From contig JBGASG010000003.1 of assembly GCA_044229845.1 (NCBI GenBank), positions 192,001 through 256,000 of the forward strand: a stretch of 64,000 nucleotides of DNA, given 5' to 3'. The notes beneath the pieces were generated by a model, which had not been told where the DNA came from, did no database searches, and was given only the letters and a program-made list of their open reading frames with translations. This document shows, piece by piece, positions 50,661 through 59,135 of this stretch. Numbering within the stretch: position 1 is the first letter of the stretch; each line of letters opens with the position of its first letter. Position numbers and translations under genes: made by a program. The stretch is from Candidatus Obscuribacteraceae bacterium. GTDB taxonomy: Bacteria; Cyanobacteriota; Vampirovibrionia; Obscuribacterales; Obscuribacteraceae.

Positions 50661-53336
50661 TCACTTTTTATCTTTATATGGCCGGTAGGCTCGAGCCAGC
50701 AACTTCATATCGACACTGTCCCTGTCGATGTCCGGAAAGTCCGGCGCCCGCATGTTGAAGACCCCGGCTACGCTGGAGACCTTGTACCAGAAGAAGGTGC
50801 GGTCCTCCTGTCCGATGATGCGATCCATATTCAGCTTTTCCTCGTCGGCAATCAGGTCATAGTTCGATATGGCTGTGTTGACGGCGTTGAAGATGTGCTG
50901 AATCGTGCGCTGCTTCGCCTGGCGACCGTCAACCCGGAAAATTTGCTTGCCTAGCGCTTCGGCGTCTTTCGGGGCGCAGGCGAAGGCGGCCATGTTGCCG
51001 ACGTTGTTGACCACGTAGTTGCGGTAGTCTTCGGGAATCTCTTGCAAACTGCGTGTCGAACAAATCAGACCCAACCCATAACGGCGGGTGTCGTTGCCGA
51101 CCAGCTGAAACATGTCTTTGTCGATGAAGGACGAAAAGTCATCGAGATAAAGCGAAGCTGGATATCGGCAGGCATCGTCTTCATGAGATAGAGACAGGGC
51201 TGCGTTTTGCACGCAACCGACAACCAATGCACCAACCAGCGAGGCATGATCGCCGAAGCGCGCCCGGGGCAACTTGACGATCACGATGCCTTGATTCTCC
51301 AGCACCGAACGAAAGTCGACGTCGTGTTTGCCACTGGATATGATGGCATTCAGTTTGGGATCGCCGAGGACGGGTTGCAACCGGTTGAGAATCGGCTCCA
51401 CCCAGTCCAGCCACTGTTCGCTGCGGGCCAACTTGCGGTAACGGCTCCAGGACTCGGAGATCATCAGCAGTTCTGCGCACTCGTCTTTGCGAGCCTCGAC
51501 AGTCTGCAACAACAGATCTCGTTCGTCGTTGTCTGTCAGCAGTGTCGGCAGATCACCGAGACTGCGACCGTTCACCGCCAGCAGCAGCAACGCACTGCGC
51601 AAGATGTGCGCCGTCTGCTGCGTCCAGGTCTGCTGTTGTCCTGGTGCAGGCGTGTATATGGCACGAAAACCTGCCACTACAGATGATGCCATATTCTGCA
51701 ACTGGCCGTCGTTCGGCTCGCGAATCGGGTTGAAGGACAGCGGCAAATCGCGCGTACCATCGATGATTCGCAAGCGTTTGGTCAGCTGGGATGCATCCTG
51801 GTGGCAGGCGATATGGCGCACCACCAGATCGGACAGCGCGCCGTCTGGATCGACGATGATCACTGCTCTGTCACCACATTCGATATCATGCACGGCCATG
51901 CCGGCCAGCAAGCGCGTCTTGCCCTTGCCGCTGCCACCGACCGCCAGGATATGAGGATTAGTGATGCGCAAATCGGCCGGCAAGTTGAGCCGGCGGGGAG
52001 CAAGGTGCCAGGGCGCCCAGTCGATGCGCGTCCCCAGCGGCAGCGAACCGGCAGTCAGCCCTCGTCCATACTGCGAAAGCCATTTGTTTTGATCGCCCTT
52101 GTGACGAGTCGGCACATACTGCTTGCGACTCTTTATATTGATATAGCCGTTCGGTCCGAATATTTTCACCGAGGCGCCGATCAGCCCGAAGCTGAGCAGC
52201 AAAAAGCCGAGCAGCGACTTCAAGAACAGATCGCGCAACCAGTCGCCCGAGGGAGGATGCACCAGCAAGTAGAAGAAGTCGCGACGATTCGCTTCCCAGG
52301 TGCCGCGACCGCCGGACATGATCCAGCCGCTCAGGCGTCCCTCGCTCAAGTGTCCCTGTCCATCAAATCGCAGTCCGCGCTGTCCAGGAACCAGCGATCG
52401 TTGACCGAGCGAGACACTGCCATTATCGAGGGCAATGCCGGACAGTCCATCACCGCCCGCCGACAGGGGTGTGCCGGTCAGTCCGGTGCCGCGCCGCTGC
52501 AGGTGCACGAAGAAACTGCGCGTCTTGACGCCCAGCGTCGTATACTGGACCTGCCAGATGCCTTCATCACTGTAACCGCTCAGTAGCGGCGTCTGCGTGG
52601 CTGCTATCAGCATGACGGCGGCCAGGACGGCGGCGCCGAAGACATAGAGCTGACGGGCCGAGGGTACTCCGGCTGACGCAAATTTAGCGCTCTGTCGACG
52701 CTTGCGCGCAGCTTTTGTGGGCTCAGGCAGGACGACTGCCGGCTCTTGCTCTGCAGATCTCGTGAGTCTTGCTACCACCTGTGGTGAGTCGGCGGCGGTC
52801 GATTTTGCCACCGCCTTTGCCACTATCGGCGGCGGCGGGTCCGGTTGTTGTTTCGCCACTGCTGGCGGTACCACTGCCGGTGGCGGCGCGGGCGACGGCG
52901 CGGTCTGTTCTGCCACCGCCGGCGGAGCCGGTACGGAGCGCAGGGCCGGTATCATGTTGACAGCGTTGGCGAAAAAGTCGGCAGCCTGCTCGCTGGCTGG
53001 CTTTTCTTCCATGAAAGTGAGTGATTGGATCGGCACGTCCGGTGCCGGTTGCGGCTGAGATTGAGCCCCCGCCACTGAAGCTGCCGGTGCCGTATGAGGC
53101 AGGGGCGACTCAGTCGGGTCGGGGAGCGAAAACGGCTGAGCCTGGACCGCTACCGGAGACACAACGGCGACCGGCGCGGACGGTCGACTCTCGCCGGCTT
53201 TCAGTGGTTGAAGATTGATGTTCGCTCGCGACGATCTGGTCGCAGAAATTGAGGAGACTTTCAGTCCGCATTCGCTGCAGAACTTGTCCTTTTCTCGAAT
53301 TACATTGCCGCAATGGTGGCAAAAAAGGAGGTCCAC
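50661..53336 (-). CDS. VirD4/TrwB-like coupling-protein ATPase 2 (paralog of 46264-50577)
   Basis: CHHC-x10-CSEC and two TM helices. HILAVGGSGKGKT, IVDPDG, FNPI and LYLDDF. Shares the FRVDGR..DEEKLN.DR..GQE.RT..VAGVFNM tail. Confidence 0.87.
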   Translation of the reverse strand: MDLLFCHHCGNVIREKDKFCSECGLKVSSISATRSSRANINLQPLKAGESRPSAPVAVVSPVAVQAQPFSLPDPTESPLPHTAPAASVAGAQSQPQPAPDVPIQSLTFMEEKPASEQAADFFANAVNMIPALRSVPAPPAVAEQTAPSPAPPPAVVPPAVAKQQPDPPPPIVAKAVAKSTAADSPQVVARLTRSAEQEPAVVLPEPTKAARKRRQSAKFASAGVPSARQLYVFGAAVLAAVMLIAATQTPLLSGYSDEGIWQVQYTTLGVKTRSFFVHLQRRGTGLTGTPLSAGGDGLSGIALDNGSVSLGQRSLVPGQRGLRFDGQGHLSEGRLSGWIMSGGRGTWEANRRDFFYLLVHPPSGDWLRDLFLKSLLGFLLLSFGLIGASVKIFGPNGYINIKSRKQYVPTRHKGDQNKWLSQYGRGLTAGSLPLGTRIDWAPWHLAPRRLNLPADLRITNPHILAVGGSGKGKTRLLAGMAVHDIECGDRAVIIVDPDGALSDLVVRHIACHQDASQLTKRLRIIDGTRDLPLSFNPIREPNDGQLQNMASSVVAGFRAIYTPAPGQQQTWTQQTAHILRSALLLLAVNGRSLGDLPTLLTDNDERDLLLQTVEARKDECAELLMISESWSRYRKLARSEQWLDWVEPILNRLQPVLGDPKLNAIISSGKHDVDFRSVLENQGIVIVKLPRARFGDHASLVGALVVGCVQNAALSLSHEDDACRYPASLYLDDFSSFIDKDMFQLVGNDTRRYGLGLICSTRSLQEIPEDYRNYVVNNVGNMAAFACAPKDAEALGKQIFRVDGRQAKQRTIQHIFNAVNTAISNYDLIADEEKLNMDRIIGQEDRTFFWYKVSSVAGVFNMRAPDFPDIDRDSVDMKLLARAYRPYKDKK

Positions 53337-53755
53337 GTGTGCCTCGGTTGTTTAAAAACGCCCCTCATAAAACGATGGTTTTGGATGGTCCGGAGTCTTC
53401 CCCAGGGAGCTTCTCTGACGAGAAGCTGATAAACGCACCCCCGATTGAGTGAGGATGCGGCTTGACGACTTTCTTCCGGTTGCTTCGTGTGAAGGCTCTT
53501 CTTGGTACTAACGATGTTAAGTTAATTTGCCCTAATGGACAGCAGCATGGTACATTCGCCCTTGCCCCTTGTCAAGATGAGCAGCGACTCCGAGGAAAGG
53601 GTTACCAGCTATATACTGTGATGGGTGCAGGGGCGCCGCTTGCGTGGTCCAAATGGCGACCACTCAAAAGTTATCAGGCCGGTTAGTTTCACCTGTGTAG
53701 TGGAACAGATAGATACAGGAAGAAGGCAAAAGGCAGGCTCACTCTCGTTACAAGC

Positions 53756-55888
53756 TTGCCAGACTCCGCCTCGAAGGCGGGGTCAAACAGCAGGGTCCTA
53801 GCAGGGAATTCAGGAAGGAAAAACCGCATGCCGCGGGAGGACAAAGGCACAAGCTCGGCAAGTCCGCTGAAAGATGCTTCTGGTGGAAACGACAACAACA
53901 CGTCGTCACTGGCCGCACGGCGGGCTCGTTTGCGTGGCACGCTGGCACGCGCGACCAGTGCCCAGGATGAGACTTACGAACAAATGCCCGCCCCCACATT
54001 CGGTTCAGAAGGCATGATGAGCGGCGTTGATGAAGCAGCCTCGGCTCCCGAAGCCGCAGTCGGTGCAGCCGACACACCAGATGTATCCGAAGGCGGACTC
54101 GATCAGCCCGGCGGCGGCGGCAGTCAGCCGGCTGCCAACGAAGAGAACGGAGCGTCCAGCATGCCCGCACAAGACCCGCCTCACCAAGACCCCGCACCTG
54201 TCGCACCGTCCAGCGCAGCCGACCCATCCCCATTTTCACAAGATTCCTCACCCTGGGGCGAAGACCCGAATCCATCGCCGGCGCCCAATTTGCTGGCAGC
54301 TTTTATTCCGGCACCGGTGTCATCGCCGCAAGCCTCCTTCACCGCACCACCGCAGTTGCAGCCGCTGGCCGAGGTGCCGCCTCACGCCATCGAACTGTTG
54401 CAGAGCATCGACCAGGCTATGAATGCCTGCGCCACCAACCTGGCCACGTTGCAACGGCTATCCGGCGAACAGACCGATGTGCTCAAGAACTTGACGAACA
54501 CGTTGCAGAATCAGACTCTTTCGCAGATTGGACTCAATCTCAACAGTCTCACCGACTCATTATCTGCTGCTCTCGAGCCGATGAAGGCAATCGGAGAACT
54601 GGTGCCGGCGATGGATCAGTTGGTGACCACGCTGGAAGGCAAGGAAGCTTATCCCCAGCAAGAGAAGATGTCGCAGGACCAGTTGGTGACGAGCCTCGCT
54701 GACCAGCTGTCTGCCGGACTTATAGATCCCTGGACTTTCAGATGCGCCTACATGGCAGTTTATCCGACTGATCACCCGGCTGATTTGCTGCACAGACTGG
54801 TCGAATTGCTCGGCACTCAGAGACTTTCCGGAGATCTCTTCCGGGCAGCGTACGAAGCAGTGCAAGCCGCGGAGCCGCCGGCCGGCGGCGGATCATTTAT
54901 TCCGCCCACTAGAAACCTCGACCCGGCGCAGATAGACGAAACGATCAAAAAGCAACTCGACCAGCTGCAAAAGTCTAACGACGAAATGCGCAAGCGTCAG
55001 GAAGAACGCGAAGCCGAACTGCAGCGGGTGCTGGAAACCAAAGACCGGGAACTGGCCGAACTGCAAGAGAAGATGCAGAAAATTCCCGAGGCAGATCCCG
55101 GCAAAGAAGACGAATATCAGTCTTTGCTCGAAAGCAAGGACATGGAGTTGGTCGAGAAAGAGTCGGAAAACAATATGCTGCGCGCGCAAATGGAAGAGTT
55201 GCGCTCGCAAACAGAAGAGATGGTCAAAGACATGCAGAAGCAGATCTCTGACCTGAAAGTTGCCCACGAAGAATCGGTCGCCAATCAGCCACCAAAGCCG
55301 GTATCAAGCTTCTTCGACAATGCGCCGTCACCGGCTCGGTCCCTTTTCGACAGCGGACCGCAAAAGAGTCTCTTCGATCAACAACAACAGCAGCAGCAGC
55401 AAGCCAATATGGCCACCACGCAGCCGACCCCCGCACCGGCACCGACACCGATGCCGTTGCAGCAAATGGCAGCTGCGCAGATGACACCGCAGCCGCTGGC
55501 ACCGCAAAATCAGCAAATTTCCCAGAGTATGCAAGCGATGGCCCCGCCGGCGCCCAGCGTGTCAGGCGGCATGGCTCCCCCCGTCAATGGCGGCGGAGCT
55601 CCACCCACCGCATCGCCCGTAGTACCACCGTCGGCGCCGGCGCCACCGCCAGCGCCACCAGCACCGCCAACCCGACCTGCGGCCCAGACGGCTACCACTC
55701 CCTTCAGTCAGGGACAGGGCAGCTACGGGAGCGGCGTTCGCGCACAGGTCTTCGAAGTGATTGTTCGCCAAGCTCTCGCTGGAGCGCCCTGGCGCGAAAT
55801 CTGCGCCGGACCGATGCAGGTCAACAACATCACCCCAGATGAAGTGGAAGCAGAAGTCAAACGCCGCCAGGCATTGCTCAACAAGTAG
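53756..55888 (+). CDS. Pro/acidic disordered and coiled-coil hypothetical protein
   Basis: 710 aa with a heptad-rich E/K/Q segment, poly-Q/Pro linkers and a compact C-terminal helical motif (GVRAQVFEVIVRQALAGAPWREIC). Confidence 0.8.
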   Translation: MPDSASKAGSNSRVLAGNSGRKNRMPREDKGTSSASPLKDASGGNDNNTSSLAARRARLRGTLARATSAQDETYEQMPAPTFGSEGMMSGVDEAASAPEAAVGAADTPDVSEGGLDQPGGGGSQPAANEENGASSMPAQDPPHQDPAPVAPSSAADPSPFSQDSSPWGEDPNPSPAPNLLAAFIPAPVSSPQASFTAPPQLQPLAEVPPHAIELLQSIDQAMNACATNLATLQRLSGEQTDVLKNLTNTLQNQTLSQIGLNLNSLTDSLSAALEPMKAIGELVPAMDQLVTTLEGKEAYPQQEKMSQDQLVTSLADQLSAGLIDPWTFRCAYMAVYPTDHPADLLHRLVELLGTQRLSGDLFRAAYEAVQAAEPPAGGGSFIPPTRNLDPAQIDETIKKQLDQLQKSNDEMRKRQEEREAELQRVLETKDRELAELQEKMQKIPEADPGKEDEYQSLLESKDMELVEKESENNMLRAQMEELRSQTEEMVKDMQKQISDLKVAHEESVANQPPKPVSSFFDNAPSPARSLFDSGPQKSLFDQQQQQQQQANMATTQPTPAPAPTPMPLQQMAAAQMTPQPLAPQNQQISQSMQAMAPPAPSVSGGMAPPVNGGGAPPTASPVVPPSAPAPPPAPPAPPTRPAAQTATTPFSQGQGSYGSGVRAQVFEVIVRQALAGAPWREICAGPMQVNNITPDEVEAEVKRRQALLNK

Positions 55889-55935
55889 CAAGTCGCTTGA
55901 GTAACCGCGCCAGCACCGCTCGAGTCAGGAGGCGA

Positions 55936-58566
55936 TTACTTGTCGTTGCCGTTCAGGTCTGATTCACGCAGTCGGCGATAGGCACCGCTGGTGTTCTGAT
56001 CGCGCTTCACGAATCCGAGCGCCACCAGCTCGCTCAACGTCCGCAAGAGCAAATAGCGGTCGGCATAAATAGAATCCGACATGGCTTCGTTGCTGACACC
56101 GTCTTCCAGCAGCATCCAGACATCCACTGCCAGATCGCAAGTCTCCTCACTGAGCTTAGAGGTATCGAGCACTCGTACTTTCTTTTCATAGCCGGTGCGC
56201 GGCCAACCGATCGACTCGATCAACCTTGGCAGTTCATCGGCTCTGCGTGCGGCTTCCAGAAGCAGCCCGTGAGCTGGCATGACACTGATCGTCGGATCGT
56301 TTTGCTCTTTAGAGACATCCTGCGGATCAAAGCGGAAGTTATATGGATCGTTGCGAGCCGCCAACTCGTAGAAGGCATGCAATCCTTTCAGGTGTTTGAA
56401 CCGCACGTTCAAAAGATTGTGCCCTTTCACCGCCAGGCGCGCCACTTCTTCGCCCTTGTTATCAGTCAGACTGAGCACGCCGTCACGACCGGCTACCGTG
56501 ATTGTTTGCAGGACGGTCGGCAGGTCAAAGTAAGCGAGGTTGCCCTGCAAACTGTTTGGCTGCGCCGGCTTGTCATCACTCAACCGCTTCTCAATCAAGT
56601 CCTGGACTCGATTGTGGAACTCGTCGTTCTTGTTGAGCATGTCCTGGAACATCTCGCCGGTGATCTTGAGCAGCTTTGTCGATTGCGGCACGCGCACGGT
56701 GGCAATCCGGTTGCAACCACGGGCGATGGCAATTTCCCCGAACAGCTCTCCAGAAGCCAGGTAGGCAAGCACTTTACCGCCCTGCACCACTTCTACACTG
56801 CCTTCGTAAACCAGGTAGCAATCACCAGGCGGATCACCTTCGCTGACTATGACTTCGCCGTTCTTATAGATTTCTTCAGTGACTTGCTTCGATAGTCTGT
56901 CCAGTTGCTTTTCGCCAAGAACGCGAAAGATAGGGCTGTCCAGGAAGAAATGCAGGCGGTTCTCCAGCTCGCGCTCATAGTTTTCTTTGATCTGTTTGGC
57001 TTGCTCGGCAAAGCGATGGGACATCTCGAGATTGCCCAGGGCTTCCTGCAATCGAGCCAAGTGCTCGAGCGTAGTGCCGACCAGGGCACTGCGATCGCCA
57101 AGCATTTGCGAACGAATTTGCAGAGATTGGTAATAGAGAGGCTCGCTCTCGATCAGGCGCTTCTGTACATAGTACAAGTTAGCCATGCGGAACAGGCAGT
57201 CGGCCAGTTCCAGATCCTTTTGACCGGTCGATTGTTTGAGAATAAACAGTCCGCGCTTGTAGAGGCCTTCGGCGGCAGCAAAGGCCCGCCGGCGCACGTA
57301 CAGATCGGCCAGTTGCATGTTCAACTGCGCAACGCCCGAGTGGTGGATGCCCAGCGCTCGCTCAGCGGCCATCAGCTCAGCTGATGTGGTCAAAACATCT
57401 TTGAGATCTTCCATCGCCATGGTCGGCTCTTCCCAACCTAGAAGACGCAGAGCGCTTTCCAGAGTGTGGTTTTCCTCTGCCACCATGCGCAGTGCCTTGC
57501 TGCCCAATTGAGCCGGCACCAGCGATTCCTCGATCAGTATCTGCACCTCCAAGACGGCTTTCAGCACCGCCTCGGTGATCAACGAAAGTTGAATAAGCTC
57601 GTGCCCGATCGGTGTGCTGTTTTTCTGCTGAGTCTTGAGTGCATGATCCAGCGAGCTCGCATCCAGAAGTCCGGCTTCGGTCAAAAGTTCTCCGACTCGC
57701 TTGCGCTCTCCTTTCTTGCCCTTGCGAGACCAAAAGGTTGACAGTTGACGGAGAAAGGCGGTCGTCTCCGGATTTTCTATGCCCAGCACCCGCTCATGTA
57801 CACGCAAAGACGAGGTGTAGAGCTGCTCAGCTTCGGCTAGATTGCCTTCGGCTTCGAAAACGCTGCCTAGCATGCGCAAGCAACGAGCCGTATTGATGTG
57901 CTCAGGTCCCAGACCCTCTTGCAAGATCTGCAAAGCCCTCCAGCCATACGTGCGGGCGTCCTCAAAGTTACGCTCGTTGACGGCAATTTGAGCCAGTTTG
58001 ATCAACGCGATTGCCGTTTTGGAATGACGCGGTCCGAAGAAATGCTCAAAAAGCCCCAGAGCGCGCTGATAGACGCCGCGAGCCTTGGCAAATTGCTCAG
58101 ATGACGTATAGGCGTCTCCCAGGTCCAGGAGCGGTCCGATCAACTCTCGGCTGTCGGCGGCATATTTCGTCTCGGCGACTTTAAACCCTTGCTCGGCCAC
58201 GAAAATCGCATCTGACTTGTCGTCTTGCTGCCTGACCTCCTGCAGGTAGGCGCGCGTAGCCGTAACAGCATCATGTAAAGTCATATTGTGGCGGCGTGCA
58301 AGCTTCAGAGCTTTTATACAAATGTCGGCACTGATTTCGCCGGCATTGACCATGTCCTGAGCCTCAAGAGCCAGCTCTAGGTCCTCGTTGGAGACCAAAT
58401 CCATGACAACGAGAGACTGCCCGACGAGCATGGAGTGCTCCTTCGAGTGTTTTAATGCGGCTTCCAACTTGTCGGCAGCCACGATCTCAGCTTTTACCAG
58501 TAGGTCGCCGATTAAAAGCCGCGAAGTGGGCTTCTCGGTGACGTACATGGACCGTTCTTTATCCAC
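55936..58566 (-). CDS. MshEN-like x2, TPR, cyclic-nucleotide-binding and DUF4388 signalling protein
   Basis: LIGDLLVKAEIV..LEAAL and RVGELLTEAGLL..LDHAL..Q motifs, and LG..H-type TPRs. cNMP motif FGEIA....RIATV. LQGNLAYFDLPTVLQ..GVL matches DUF4388. Confidence 0.85.
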   Translation of the reverse strand: MDKERSMYVTEKPTSRLLIGDLLVKAEIVAADKLEAALKHSKEHSMLVGQSLVVMDLVSNEDLELALEAQDMVNAGEISADICIKALKLARRHNMTLHDAVTATRAYLQEVRQQDDKSDAIFVAEQGFKVAETKYAADSRELIGPLLDLGDAYTSSEQFAKARGVYQRALGLFEHFFGPRHSKTAIALIKLAQIAVNERNFEDARTYGWRALQILQEGLGPEHINTARCLRMLGSVFEAEGNLAEAEQLYTSSLRVHERVLGIENPETTAFLRQLSTFWSRKGKKGERKRVGELLTEAGLLDASSLDHALKTQQKNSTPIGHELIQLSLITEAVLKAVLEVQILIEESLVPAQLGSKALRMVAEENHTLESALRLLGWEEPTMAMEDLKDVLTTSAELMAAERALGIHHSGVAQLNMQLADLYVRRRAFAAAEGLYKRGLFILKQSTGQKDLELADCLFRMANLYYVQKRLIESEPLYYQSLQIRSQMLGDRSALVGTTLEHLARLQEALGNLEMSHRFAEQAKQIKENYERELENRLHFFLDSPIFRVLGEKQLDRLSKQVTEEIYKNGEVIVSEGDPPGDCYLVYEGSVEVVQGGKVLAYLASGELFGEIAIARGCNRIATVRVPQSTKLLKITGEMFQDMLNKNDEFHNRVQDLIEKRLSDDKPAQPNSLQGNLAYFDLPTVLQTITVAGRDGVLSLTDNKGEEVARLAVKGHNLLNVRFKHLKGLHAFYELAARNDPYNFRFDPQDVSKEQNDPTISVMPAHGLLLEAARRADELPRLIESIGWPRTGYEKKVRVLDTSKLSEETCDLAVDVWMLLEDGVSNEAMSDSIYADRYLLLRTLSELVALGFVKRDQNTSGAYRRLRESDLNGNDK

Positions 58567-58724
58567 CCTTGATTACTCAGCATTTCTGCCGCTACAGTCT
58601 CATTATGCCCCGTCGGGCGGGGTAATTCCCCTCTGAAACGCTTTTCCGGCGCCAATACGTGCCTTCTCAGCGATAAATCTTCAAAATCGGACACTGGCAT
58701 CGCCTTTGCACCACAGGCAGTGGC

Positions 58725-58755
58725 AAAAAAAGCGCACCGGGGAAACCGGTGCGCT
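58725..58755 (-). terminator. intrinsic terminator
   Basis: Perfect 10-bp stem AGCGCACCGG/CCGGTGCGCT with a 5-nt loop, followed by a T-run on the minus strand, downstream of 58780-59076. Confidence 0.85.
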
Positions 58756-58779
58756 CAAAGGTCTACCGTACGACGACAG

Positions 58780-59076
58780 TTATTTGGCGGGAGCTGCGGT
58801 GGTGGTGGCAGGCGCTGCTGGCGCCCCCCCAACACCGGCTTTGGCGCCGAGGTTGTCGTAAGTCTTCCACTGGCTATAGATGATCTGCAGGTTTTCCTGG
58901 TACTTAGCCAAGATAGCAATCGGCAGGTCAACAAACATCTCGTGCATCATGTAGAACATGACGCAGAGGTTGGCGACACAGGTAACTACTACCAGAGTAC
59001 GGGTGAAGCGGCTCTCTTTCTCAATTTTGGTGGCAAGTGCTGCCACGCGATCCGGGCTTGCGGTGTCGTCTACCAT
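58780..59076 (-). CDS. small single-TM hypothetical protein
   Basis: AGAGGA RBS, one hydrophobic helix, Ala/Pro tail, followed by a terminator. Confidence 0.75.
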   Translation of the reverse strand: MVDDTASPDRVAALATKIEKESRFTRTLVVVTCVANLCVMFYMMHEMFVDLPIAILAKYQENLQIIYSQWKTYDNLGAKAGVGGAPAAPATTTAAPAK

Positions 59077-59135
59077 AATTCCTCTTTCCTTGACCTAAAG
59101 CGCATTCAAAGCAGATACCCAAAATAACGCCCGCA

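Noticed and set aside
42896..53336. Conjugative element (ICE) or prophage
   Set aside because: No relaxase, integrase, VirB channel, att repeats or phage structural genes were recognised. Such genes elsewhere in the genome cannot be excluded.
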